DNA of 44,544 nucleotides from an uncultured delta proteobacterium (GTDB lineage Bacteria; Myxococcota_A; Bradymonadia; REDH01): NCBI GenBank assembly GCA_903873545.1, contig CAIQPA010000291.1, positions 1 to 44,544 of the forward strand, read 5' to 3'. Shown piece by piece: positions 35,651 to 43,900 of this stretch (position 1 is its first letter; each line of letters starts with the position of its first letter). The notes under the pieces were generated by a model. It saw only the letters and a program-made list of their open reading frames with translations, ran no database searches and was not told where the DNA came from. The position numbers and the translations under genes were made by a program.

Positions 35651-36919
35651 ATGAAGCCTCTTCGTCGCGTCTTCCTTGTGGGCGGTGCGCTCACCCCTTT
35701 CATCGGCAAGTCGCATCCCGACTTCATCTGGAAGGGGCATGCCGACTTCGGCAAGCGCGAGAACCCGACGCTTGAAGAGTACTTCGCCCAGGTGCTTGCC
35801 AAGCTCTTTGCCGAGACGGGCCTCGAACCCGCCCGCATCGAGAAGGGCTACGTCGGCAACTTCGCCGGCGAACTCTTTAACAAGCAGGGCCACCTCGGCT
35901 CGATGCTCGCCCGCGTGGAGAGCCGTCTGGAGGGTGTCCCCTTCACCCGCGTGGAGGGCGCATGTGCCTCGGGTGCGCTGGCCATGATTGGCGCCATCGA
36001 GGCCATTCAGGCCGGCCGCAACATCACGCTCGCCATCGGCGCCGAGGCCCAGACAACCGTGTCGGCACGCGAGGGCGCAGACTTCCTCGCCCGCGCCTCG
36101 CACTACGAGACCGAGCGCGGCCTCGACGACTTTACCTTCCCCGCCATGTTCGCCCGTCGCACGATGCATTGTCGTGCAGAGACCGGCGTGACCGAGGAGG
36201 ATGTCGCCCATGTGGTTGTGAAGGCCTACGCCAACGCGGCGAAGAACCCGAACGCCCATATGAAGGCCGTTCCGATGACCTTCGAGCAGGCTGCGACCGC
36301 CAACGACCGCAACCCCACCTTCCTGAAGAACCCCGACCTTTCGCCCTTCCTCAAGATCAGCGACTGCTCGCAGGTCTCTGACGGCGCAGCCGCCATGGTC
36401 CTTGCCTCCGAAGAGGGGCTGCGCGCGCTCGGCCTCTCGCCGGATGAGGCCGTGGAGGTGCTCTCTTACGCGCAGTCGAACGGCGCGCTCGGGCAGGTCT
36501 CCGACTTCACCCGGATGGGCATCACCGAGCGTGCGGCCAAGGAGGCCTACGCAGACACCGGGCTGACGGCCAGCGACATGAAGGTGGCCGAGGTTCACGA
36601 CTGCTTTGCCATCACCGAACTGCTCATGACCGAGGCGCTCGGCTTTGCGGCGCACGGGCAGGGCGGTGCGCTGGCCCGCGAGGGTCGCACGGCGATTGGC
36701 GGCGACATCCCGGTCAACACGGGCGGCGGACTTCTCGCCTTCGGACACCCCGTCGGCGCGACCGGCATCAAGCAGGTGCTCGAGGTGGCCCGCCAGATGC
36801 AGAAGCGCTGCGGCGACTACCAGGTCGGTCACGACATCAAGCACGGCATCGCGGCAAACATGGGCGGCGACGATCGCACCGCCGTCGTCACGATTCTGCG
36901 GAACAACGCCGCCGTCTAA
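35651..36919 (+). CDS. Thiolase-family protein (SCP-x/acetyl-CoA acetyltransferase-like)
   Basis: ORF 35480..36919, start taken at ATG 35651 (MKPLRRVFLVGGALTPF). Active-site Cys box EGACASGALA and C-terminal GGGLLAFGHPVGATG. Confidence 0.85.
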   Translation: MKPLRRVFLVGGALTPFIGKSHPDFIWKGHADFGKRENPTLEEYFAQVLAKLFAETGLEPARIEKGYVGNFAGELFNKQGHLGSMLARVESRLEGVPFTRVEGACASGALAMIGAIEAIQAGRNITLAIGAEAQTTVSAREGADFLARASHYETERGLDDFTFPAMFARRTMHCRAETGVTEEDVAHVVVKAYANAAKNPNAHMKAVPMTFEQAATANDRNPTFLKNPDLSPFLKISDCSQVSDGAAAMVLASEEGLRALGLSPDEAVEVLSYAQSNGALGQVSDFTRMGITERAAKEAYADTGLTASDMKVAEVHDCFAITELLMTEALGFAAHGQGGALAREGRTAIGGDIPVNTGGGLLAFGHPVGATGIKQVLEVARQMQKRCGDYQVGHDIKHGIAANMGGDDRTAVVTILRNNAAV

Positions 36920-36988
36920 CCCCTTGCGGCTGGTAGCCGTCCAAGCCTAGGCTCCGCGCTCCCTCTTTCGATAGTTTGGATACGCATC

Positions 36989-38218
36989 ATGGCCGACGAT
37001 TTTGCGCTCAAGAGCGAAGTGATTGATCAGGTTTCTGCCGTAGTTGACCCGCTCACGGGTGAAGGACTCCTGGACGCCCATATCCTCGAAAAGGTCGAGG
37101 TCGCAGGCGGCATCGCCTCCGTGGTTCTCAAGTTCAAAGCGGAGCACACCAAGGAGCAGCGCTGGGCGCTCGAGGATGCAGTTGCGACGGCAGCCGAGAA
37201 GGTTGACGGCGTGAAGGAGGCCCGGGTCACGAGCTTCGTCGAAGGCTATCAGGCCAGCGCGGCACCGGCTCCCGAGGCGGCTGCTGCACCAGCCGCTGCC
37301 AAGGGCGCATCGCAGGCACCCAAGGCGCTCGAGGGCGTTGGTCGCGTCATCGCCGTCGCCTCGGGCAAGGGCGGCGTTGGCAAGTCCACCGTCGCTGTGA
37401 ACCTCGCGCTGGCGCTTGCTCGTCTGGGCTTCCACGTTGGCCTGCTCGATGTCGATATCTACGGTCCGAGTGTGCCCACGCTGCTGGGCATCAATGTGCG
37501 TCCGGCAGTGCGCGAGAAGCGCATCATCCCGGTCGAGGCCCACGGTCTCAAGCTCATGTCGCTCGGCTTCCTCATGGACGACGACGCGCCGGTCATCTGG
37601 CGCGGACCCATCGTCACCGGCATCATCCGTCAGTTTCTGCAGGATGTGGACTGGCGCGGCATCGACTACCTCATCGTCGACATGCCTCCCGGCACGGGCG
37701 ATGCGCAGCTGAGCCTGGCTCAGACCGTGCCTGTCGATGGGGCGATTATCGTGACCACCCCCAGCGACCTCGCGCTCATCGATGCAGCGCGCGGCCTCCG
37801 CATGTTTACCCAGCTCAATGTGGATGTGCTCGGCATGGTCGAGAACATGTCCTATTACCTCTGGCCCGGTGCAGCCGAGGCCCGCAACCTTGCTGCGAGC
37901 CTGCGCGCCAAGGGCGACGAGCAGAGCGCCGCGGCGCTCGACAAAATCGTCTCCGACGAGGAGCGCACCTACATCTTCGGACAGGGCGGCGGCACGCGCG
38001 AGGCGGCTCGCCTCGGCACGACGATGCTCGGCGAAATCCCGCTCGATGGCGCCGTGCGGAAGATGGGTGACGAGGGCCGTCCCGTTGTGGTCGGCAGCCC
38101 CGACAGTGGCGTTACGAAGGCCTTCCTTGAGCTGGCGCAGCGGGTCACGGATGCCAAGCCGCTGGCCTCGCCGGGAAGCGCGCCCAAGCCGGGGCTCTTC
38201 TCCTTCAAGCGGTCGTAG
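36989..38218 (+). CDS. apbC: Mrp/NBP35-family Fe-S cluster carrier ATPase with N-terminal DUF59/MIP18 domain
   Basis: 409 aa. VIAVASGKGGVGKSTVAVNLALALA (deviant Walker A), DMPPGTGD, and an N-terminal VSAVVDPLTGEGLLD region. Confidence 0.9.
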   Translation: MADDFALKSEVIDQVSAVVDPLTGEGLLDAHILEKVEVAGGIASVVLKFKAEHTKEQRWALEDAVATAAEKVDGVKEARVTSFVEGYQASAAPAPEAAAAPAAAKGASQAPKALEGVGRVIAVASGKGGVGKSTVAVNLALALARLGFHVGLLDVDIYGPSVPTLLGINVRPAVREKRIIPVEAHGLKLMSLGFLMDDDAPVIWRGPIVTGIIRQFLQDVDWRGIDYLIVDMPPGTGDAQLSLAQTVPVDGAIIVTTPSDLALIDAARGLRMFTQLNVDVLGMVENMSYYLWPGAAEARNLAASLRAKGDEQSAAALDKIVSDEERTYIFGQGGGTREAARLGTTMLGEIPLDGAVRKMGDEGRPVVVGSPDSGVTKAFLELAQRVTDAKPLASPGSAPKPGLFSFKRS

Positions 38219-39033
38219 TGTTTCCTGCGGGAGAGCTGCAGCCAGAGGCGCTCTCTCCGGCCGTAAGGCCCGTGCTGCGGCTTCACGAGGTCTGCAAGAC
38301 CTTCACGGTGACGCCCCGCGTACGAGACCTTATTCGCTTTCGTCGGTCGCCGCCGGTCGAGGTGCTCCGGGGCATCTCGTTCGAGATCGGCGCGGGGCAG
38401 ATTGTGGGGCTTATCGGGCCCAACGGGGCCGGTAAAAGCACGCTCATGCGCTGCGTAGCAGGCCTTGTGATGCCGACCTCGGGCGAGCTGCTTGTGGACG
38501 GTTCGGCGCCGACCGCCGGGGGGGGCACGCAGCGTCGGCGTATCGGCTGGGTCTCGCGTGAGGACCGCTCCTTCAACCTGCGGCTGACAGGCCGTGAGAA
38601 CCTCGCCTTCTTCGCGGAACTGGCGCAAAAGGATGGTGGGTCGCGGGCCGAAGCGGTTGCCGATGCGTTGGCCCGCGTAGGTCTCACGCGGCAGGCCGAT
38701 CGTCCCTTCCGGACCTACTCATCGGGCATGCGACAGCGGCTGTCGATGGGCCGCGCGCTGATCGCCGACCCGGTGCTGCTGCTGCTCGACGAGGCAAGTA
38801 CGGGGCTCGATCCTGGCCGTCGTGAATCGTTCAAGCGGCTCTGTCTGCAGCTCGCCAAAGAGCAGGGGAAGGCCATTCTCATTGCCTCTCACGACATGGC
38901 AGAGTTGGAGGCGCTCTGCGACACGGTCCATCTCCTCGACGGCGGTCGCGTGGTGGCGTCCGGCGGCTTCGCTGCGGTTGCAGCCGCGGCCGATGCTGTC
39001 TTTGAGCGTGAGCAGGCGGAGGAAGAGGCATGA
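38218..39033 (+). CDS. ABC transporter ATP-binding protein
   Basis: 271 aa. Walker A GPNGAGKSTL, signature YSSGMRQR, Walker B LLLLDEASTGLD. The GTG start overlaps the apbC stop (TAGTG). Confidence 0.85.
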   Translation: MFPAGELQPEALSPAVRPVLRLHEVCKTFTVTPRVRDLIRFRRSPPVEVLRGISFEIGAGQIVGLIGPNGAGKSTLMRCVAGLVMPTSGELLVDGSAPTAGGGTQRRRIGWVSREDRSFNLRLTGRENLAFFAELAQKDGGSRAEAVADALARVGLTRQADRPFRTYSSGMRQRLSMGRALIADPVLLLLDEASTGLDPGRRESFKRLCLQLAKEQGKAILIASHDMAELEALCDTVHLLDGGRVVASGGFAAVAAAADAVFEREQAEEEA

Positions 39034-39830
39034 CGGCGCAATGGAAGCTTCTCCGCGCCTTCTGGCTCCATGATTTCCGCGAGGCGCAGAGCTATCCGCT
39101 GGTTCACTTCAACCGGGTTGTCGGTCTGGGACTCATGTTCTTTCTGCTGCACGGGCTCTCCAAGCTGGTGGGCGAAGGGATGGGGGTGGGCCAGTTGGGC
39201 ATCTTGCCGTTTCTCGCCTGCGGTTTTGCGGCGATGGACCTCATGTGGACCTCGCTGGGCGCCTTTACGAGCAAACTGCGTCGCCACCAGACGACGGGCA
39301 TGCTCGAGGCCTGCCTGATGACGGGCCACTCGTTGCCCGCGCTGATGACGGCGATGCCGACCTTCGATCTGTCGGTGAGCGTGATGCGGTCGAGCGCGAT
39401 TGTTGTGCTCGCGAGCCTGTTCATGGCGCCTGCACCGGCTCCGGTCGCCTGGGTCTACGCGGCCTTCTTCGGCGTCGGCGGAATGCTCCTCTTCCTCGCG
39501 GTCGGTCTGATCTCGGCGGCGCTGCTACTCCGTTACAAGGCCGGGGATCCGTTGAACCGGGCCATGCACATCTCGGCGGTGGTAACGGGCGGCGTTTTCA
39601 TGCCGCGGACGGAGCTGCCGGCCGCGGTGGGCGCCGTCGGGGCATGGGTTCCTATCGCACCGGTGGTGGACGGGGTTCGGCTGGCGCTGGCTGGCAGCAG
39701 TTGGGCCGAGTTGGCGCCGGTTGCGATTCGGCTAGGAGTCTTGGTAGCTGTTGCGTCAACGGTGGCGCTGTTTTCGGTTCGAGCGGCAGTCCGGACGGTT
39801 CTCAAGGAAGGATCGTTGGCGCATTACTAA
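39030..39830 (+). CDS. ABC-2 type permease
   Basis: 266 aa with six hydrophobic segments. ATGA overlap with the ATPase gene. Confidence 0.7.
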   Translation: MTAQWKLLRAFWLHDFREAQSYPLVHFNRVVGLGLMFFLLHGLSKLVGEGMGVGQLGILPFLACGFAAMDLMWTSLGAFTSKLRRHQTTGMLEACLMTGHSLPALMTAMPTFDLSVSVMRSSAIVVLASLFMAPAPAPVAWVYAAFFGVGGMLLFLAVGLISAALLLRYKAGDPLNRAMHISAVVTGGVFMPRTELPAAVGAVGAWVPIAPVVDGVRLALAGSSWAELAPVAIRLGVLVAVASTVALFSVRAAVRTVLKEGSLAHY

Positions 39831-39947
39831 CTGCGATCGAACATGTTGCATTGTTGGCTTGATTCATGCATTGTTTACTCACGTCGGATTGACGAGACGA
39901 TTCGCAAACACCCATCGGGGTCACGACCCCTTCGAAGGAGCCGAGAC

Positions 39948-40148
39948 ATGAGCAAGCAACGGCCAATGCCAAAGCAACAGGATTCGACCACGGATGTGGT
40001 CGCTGAGTCGGTCGGCCTCGAGGAGGCTGTATCGATGGGTCGTCGCGCTTACGAGGCCCCGAGCCTCGCGAAGAAGCGCTCTGTGGCGCGCGTTACGCTC
40101 TTCTCGGGCGGCGGCGTTTCGGCTGGCGGCCTCACGGCTTCCGGCTAG
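39948..40148 (+). CDS. Candidate RiPP precursor peptide with a lasso-type leader motif and a Gly/Ser/Ala core
   Basis: ORF 39843..40148. AAGGAG lies 7 nt upstream of ATG 39948, giving 66 aa: MSKQRPMPKQQDSTTDVVAESVGLEEAVSMGRRAYEAPSLAKKRSVARVTLFSGGGVSAGGLTASG. An internal ATG at 40035 with GAGGAGG 8 nt upstream would give 37 aa. YEAPSLAKKRSVARVTL fits YxxPxLxxxGxxxxxTx apart from G to R. A strong terminator follows, and B2 and PqqD genes lie downstream. Confidence 0.6.
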   Translation: MSKQRPMPKQQDSTTDVVAESVGLEEAVSMGRRAYEAPSLAKKRSVARVTLFSGGGVSAGGLTASG

Positions 40149-40177
40149 TCGGACCTCGTACCTCGGTTCGCCTGACA

Positions 40178-40217
40178 GGGCCGAACAAGTCTCGCGAGAG
40201 ACCTGTCGGCCCTTTTT
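40178..40217 (+). terminator. Rho-independent terminator/attenuator directly after the precursor ORF
   Basis: GGGCCGAACAAGTCTC-GCGA-GAGACCTGTCGGCCC is a long imperfect stem with one bulge and one mismatch. It is followed by TTTTT. Confidence 0.6.
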
Positions 40218-40418
40218 CGTGTCATCTTTCCCCCGTCGCTTCGGTGACGGAAAGAGACAGTCTGGGCGGCTCGTGGTGACAAATTCTGTCACATGTAGCG
40301 GGCTGTTGCATCAGATCTTCTTTTGATCTCATCTCGGCCGCTGTGCTACGCGGTAGCAGTCAGTAAACCCCGCGCGCAGCGCAACCCTTTTGGACCTCGT
40401 TTTTCGCTGGAGATTGTC

Positions 40419-42089
40419 ATGGCCCGCACGACGCTGAATTCGACCTCCCTCCTCGCGCTGCTTCGCGGGCCTTCGACCCTCACTGCTGCGACCCTCGTCG
40501 CCTCGCTCGCACTCGTTGCCTGCGGAGACGAAACGTCGGAGAAGACCGAGGATACGGGCACCTCGTGCAACCTCTTCACCGGTGAGGGCTGCGAGGATAC
40601 CGCGCCCGACACCACCGCGGACACCTCCACGGATACGGGCACGGCCGACACGACCGAGGAAGACACCAACGTGGAGGACACCGAGGTCGACACCGCGGTC
40701 GAGGACACGACGGTCGACACCGGAACCGACACCGGCGGCATCCAAGAGAGCTGCGGCAACGGCACGGACGACGATGGCGACGGCAACGCCGACTGCGCCG
40801 ACACGGATTGTGAGAACAACGCGGCCTGCTTGGAGTGCGACACCCTCAACGCCCGCGACTGCGAGCCCGACAACCGCGCCTGCGATGTTGTGGCCGGCCC
40901 CGACTCCTGCGGCGACTGCCTCGACACTTTCGTCGACCAAGCCGGCACCTGCATCTGCGACGCGACCATCTGCGACGCGGCGCCTGCCCCCTTCTGCCGC
41001 GGTAACAACCGGGTCGAGACGGCGCGCACCGCCTACGACATCGGCACCAGCTGTGAGTGCCGCGACGCAGAGACCGAGACGGCCTGCCCCACGGGCACCA
41101 ACTGCGACGGCGGCGTGTGCGTTGCAGTCCCCGTGACCGCGGACCCCTGGATCCTCTTCGTGCGTACGCCCGGCTCGGCCTGTGCTGAGCAGCAGGATTC
41201 GCAGATCTACGTCATCCGCGCCGACGGCACGGATGAGCGCCGCGTGACAAACCTTCCTGGCCAGAAGCTCGCCGCTCGTTGGTCGCCCGACGGCCGCTCC
41301 GTCTACTTCTCGATGAAGGTGACCGATTGCTCGGCGCCCGCGAACACCAACGTGGGCATCTACAAGCTCGCCATTGAGACGGGCGCCATCGAGCAGCTCA
41401 CCCCAGTCTGCCCCGAGCTCGCCTATCAGGGCAACCCCGACCCGACCGGCCTCCTCAGCGGCGGCTTCACGGTGGTTCCCGATGAGTCGGCAATCGTCTT
41501 CACCAACTTCTACAGCGGTGACTTCGGCCTCTTCACCCAGCCCCTCGACGCGAGCGGTGCCGCCTGCACCGTGCTCGTCGATAACGGCGGCAACGGCGAA
41601 GCCGACCCTGCGATCGCCGAGTGCGACCCGGCCACGGTCATCTACACCAAGCAGGCTGCTGGCGGCGCCGTGACGCTCTTCTCGGTCGGTGTTGACGGCG
41701 CCGGCAATGGCACCGCGAGCCTCACCGGCTACCTCGGCGCGCCCGCTATCAGCCCGGCCGGCACCTCGGCGCTCTGGACCAAGGACCTCGGCGGCGGCGC
41801 GACGCAGCTCTACAGCAACGCATTCAACTGCACGACGCACCGTACCTCGGGCACGCCGACGCCCGTCTCTGGCTCGACCAACGACAGCTCGCCCTCCTTC
41901 TTCCCCAACGGGAACCTGGTCGTGACCGAGCGCATCTTTGCCTCGGCCAGCGTTGTTCAGACCGAGATCATGGTGATCAATATCACCTCCGGTCTCACCA
42001 CCCGCATCACCACCAACGAGGTCCTCGATGGTGGTCCCCGCCCGGGTCTCATCGAAGCCACCACTCTCAATCCGGCGATCGCGCGCTAG
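40419..42089 (+). CDS. Lipoprotein with an acidic Asp/Thr-rich linker, a Cys-rich module and a TolB/PD40-like beta-propeller region
   Basis: ORF 40323..42089, start taken at ATG 40419 with GGAG 6 nt upstream. The signal peptide has a lipobox (LVASLALVAC|G). The (T/D/E)-rich linker is TEDTGT...DTSTDTGTADTTEEDTNVEDTEVDT. The Cys-rich stretch is CGNGTDDDGDGNADCADTDCENNAAC...CGDC. PD40-like repeat text is IYVIRADGTDERRVTN...ARWSPDGRSVYFS. Confidence 0.7.
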   Translation: MARTTLNSTSLLALLRGPSTLTAATLVASLALVACGDETSEKTEDTGTSCNLFTGEGCEDTAPDTTADTSTDTGTADTTEEDTNVEDTEVDTAVEDTTVDTGTDTGGIQESCGNGTDDDGDGNADCADTDCENNAACLECDTLNARDCEPDNRACDVVAGPDSCGDCLDTFVDQAGTCICDATICDAAPAPFCRGNNRVETARTAYDIGTSCECRDAETETACPTGTNCDGGVCVAVPVTADPWILFVRTPGSACAEQQDSQIYVIRADGTDERRVTNLPGQKLAARWSPDGRSVYFSMKVTDCSAPANTNVGIYKLAIETGAIEQLTPVCPELAYQGNPDPTGLLSGGFTVVPDESAIVFTNFYSGDFGLFTQPLDASGAACTVLVDNGGNGEADPAIAECDPATVIYTKQAAGGAVTLFSVGVDGAGNGTASLTGYLGAPAISPAGTSALWTKDLGGGATQLYSNAFNCTTHRTSGTPTPVSGSTNDSSPSFFPNGNLVVTERIFASASVVQTEIMVINITSGLTTRITTNEVLDGGPRPGLIEATTLNPAIAR

Positions 42090-42107
42090 CGTCCGCTCCG
42101 AGGTACC

Positions 42108-43187
42108 ATGAATCCAACTTGGGTTGTCTTTCACATCACCGACCGGTGCCAGCTTAACTGCAAGCACTGCCTTCGGGATCCCGAGTTGAAGTCGCAGGAC
42201 CTCTCGCTCGACCTCATCTGCAACGTGCTGGACGAGGCCTGGCAGCTCTACCGCTGCAAGCATGTCGGGCTGACGGGTGGTGAGCCCTCGCTCCACCCGC
42301 AGTTCTACGAGATCATCGATGCCATCGTGGCCCGCGGCTACACGTGGCATGTTGTTACCAACTCCGAGAAGTTCTCGAAGATGGTGGCAAAACTCGACGA
42401 AAAGCCCGAGCGGCTTTCGACCTGCACCGCCATGAACTTCTCGATTGATGGCGCGACGGAGGAGGTGCACGACAAGGTGCGCGGCCCGGGCAGCTTCCGG
42501 AACGTGATGCAGGCGGTGGCCATCTGCACGATGCGGAAGATTCCCTTCATCATGCAGATGACGGTCAACGCCTACAACGCGCATCAGATTGAGCAGATGG
42601 CCATGATGGCGAGCCATCTGGGTTCGGGCCGAATGTCGTTTGGCATGACCCAGCCGACGGGTACCTACCTCGACGAGGAGATGTTCCTCTCGACGGCGGA
42701 GTGGCGGACGGTGCTCGACACCATCACGCGGCTGCAGGGCAGCCTGCACATGCCCATCTCCTTCACGGACAGCTTCTACCGCGAAGAGCCCTTCTTCGTC
42801 TGTCAGCCCTTCCGCTCGGAGATCCTCCACGTGGATCCGAAGGGCAACCTGACGCTCTGCTGCCAGCACTCTGGCGTGCCGACCGAAGGGGCGCCCGCCG
42901 ATGTGCTGGGCAACCTGCACGAGGTGAGCCTCGCAGACGCCCACCAGAAGATGCTCGACGTCATTCACTACGCGCAGACCGAGAAGAACAAGGCCATCAA
43001 AGAGGGCACGCTCTCGGAGTGGGACCTCTTCCCCTGCAACTTCTGCATGAAGCTCTTCAAGAAGCCCTACTGGACCGACGAGGGTCGCGGCGGTGTGGAG
43101 GCCAAGCGTGAGCGGTGGCGCGGCAAGTGGGCGGTCGATGCAGAGAAGGTGACCGGCTGCGGCGGTGGCCCGAAGAAGATTGCCTAG
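42108..43187 (+). CDS. Radical SAM enzyme with a C-terminal auxiliary Cys cluster (SPASM/twitch-like)
   Basis: 359 aa. HITDRCQLNCKHCLRD carries CxxxCxxC at residues 14-21, and GLTGGEPSL is the SAM-binding GGE box. C-terminal cysteines are FVCQPF, LTLCCQHSG and FPCNFCMK. Confidence 0.85.
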   Translation: MNPTWVVFHITDRCQLNCKHCLRDPELKSQDLSLDLICNVLDEAWQLYRCKHVGLTGGEPSLHPQFYEIIDAIVARGYTWHVVTNSEKFSKMVAKLDEKPERLSTCTAMNFSIDGATEEVHDKVRGPGSFRNVMQAVAICTMRKIPFIMQMTVNAYNAHQIEQMAMMASHLGSGRMSFGMTQPTGTYLDEEMFLSTAEWRTVLDTITRLQGSLHMPISFTDSFYREEPFFVCQPFRSEILHVDPKGNLTLCCQHSGVPTEGAPADVLGNLHEVSLADAHQKMLDVIHYAQTEKNKAIKEGTLSEWDLFPCNFCMKLFKKPYWTDEGRGGVEAKRERWRGKWAVDAEKVTGCGGGPKKIA

Positions 43188-43605
43188 CCTCCTTCAGGAG
43201 GTGGCAGCGGCGCCTGGTCTGGTAGCAGAGGTGGTGCTGCTGCGGGGCCTGCTTCCTGTTGCCCTCGAGAGGCTCCCCATGGACCGCCTCTTGCGCGGTC
43301 TGACGCCCGCGACGGCCCGCTTTGCGGGGCGCAGCGACGCCGAGGCGTTGGAGGCGGTAGAGCGGGCGACAGAGCTCGTGCTGCGGCGCGTGCGGGTCAC
43401 GCGGACAACCTGCCTGCTGCGGAGCCTGATCCGGTATCGCTGCCTGCGCGAGCGGGGCGTGGAGGTGGTCTTCAAGATGGGGCTCCGCGCGCGCGAAGGC
43501 GTGATGGAGGGACATGCTTGGATTGAACTTCGGGGGCAACCTGTGCTTGAGAGGGAGTCCACCGACTATCAGGTGACCTTCGTCTATCCACCCTCTGCCG
43601 CGTGA
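43165..43605 (+). CDS. Lasso-peptide B2-type transglutaminase-like cysteine protease (Transglut_core3 family)
   Basis: 146 aa. RTTCLLRSLIRYRCLRERG carries the catalytic Cys context. MEGHAWIELRGQPV carries the catalytic His, as in McjB-C-type proteins. The GTG start overlaps the rSAM gene by 23 nt, and TTG 43180 is an alternative start. Confidence 0.75.
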   Translation: MARRRLPSLLQEVAAAPGLVAEVVLLRGLLPVALERLPMDRLLRGLTPATARFAGRSDAEALEAVERATELVLRRVRVTRTTCLLRSLIRYRCLRERGVEVVFKMGLRAREGVMEGHAWIELRGQPVLERESTDYQVTFVYPPSAA

Positions 43606-43612
43606 GTCTGCC

Positions 43613-43900
43613 TTGGACCTCGAAACCACCCGCATCACCCCTAGCGCCCGTGTCATTCTCACCGAGATGCCCGACGGGAAGGGGGTGCTGCTCGATATGG
43701 ACACGAAGTTTTATTACGAGCTGAACGTGACCGGCGTCTTCATCTGGAAGCGTTTCGGCGGTCGCTCCAAGTTGGCTTCGGAGCTCGTGGCCGCGCTGGT
43801 CGAGGAGTTCGAGGTGACGGGCGCAGTCGCGGCGGAAGACCTCGCGGAGATGGTCGCGTCGCTGGCTGCAGACAAGCTGGTTGTCGTCGCGCTGGCCTAG
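43613..43900 (+). CDS. PqqD-family RiPP recognition element (lasso B1-like peptide chaperone)
   Basis: 95 aa, TTG start. VILTEMPDGKGVLLDMDTKFYYELNVTGVFIWKRF ... LVEEFEV...AAEDLAEMVASLAADKLV follows the PqqD/RRE pattern of beta strands, the Y.LN..G..IW box and a helical tail. Confidence 0.8.
   Translation: MDLETTRITPSARVILTEMPDGKGVLLDMDTKFYYELNVTGVFIWKRFGGRSKLASELVAALVEEFEVTGAVAAEDLAEMVASLAADKLVVVALA

Noticed and set aside
34201-36844. Minus-strand ORFs 34201..35583 and 35630..36844
   Set aside because: They are antisense shadows of proB and the thiolase gene, both of which have clear catalytic motifs. No domains are recognisable in the shadows.
36923-36945. Hairpin CTTGCGGCT-GGT-AGCCG(TC)CAAG after the thiolase gene, considered as a terminator
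   Set aside because: The stem is short and bulged and no T-run follows. This is not enough to call an intrinsic terminator.
40329-42968. 879-aa minus-strand ORF, the longest in the track
   Set aside because: It runs antisense across two well-supported plus-strand genes (the lipoprotein and the rSAM enzyme). It is Arg/Gly/Ala/Val-rich with no recognisable motif, and it has no sensible start context. This is a typical GC-driven shadow ORF.
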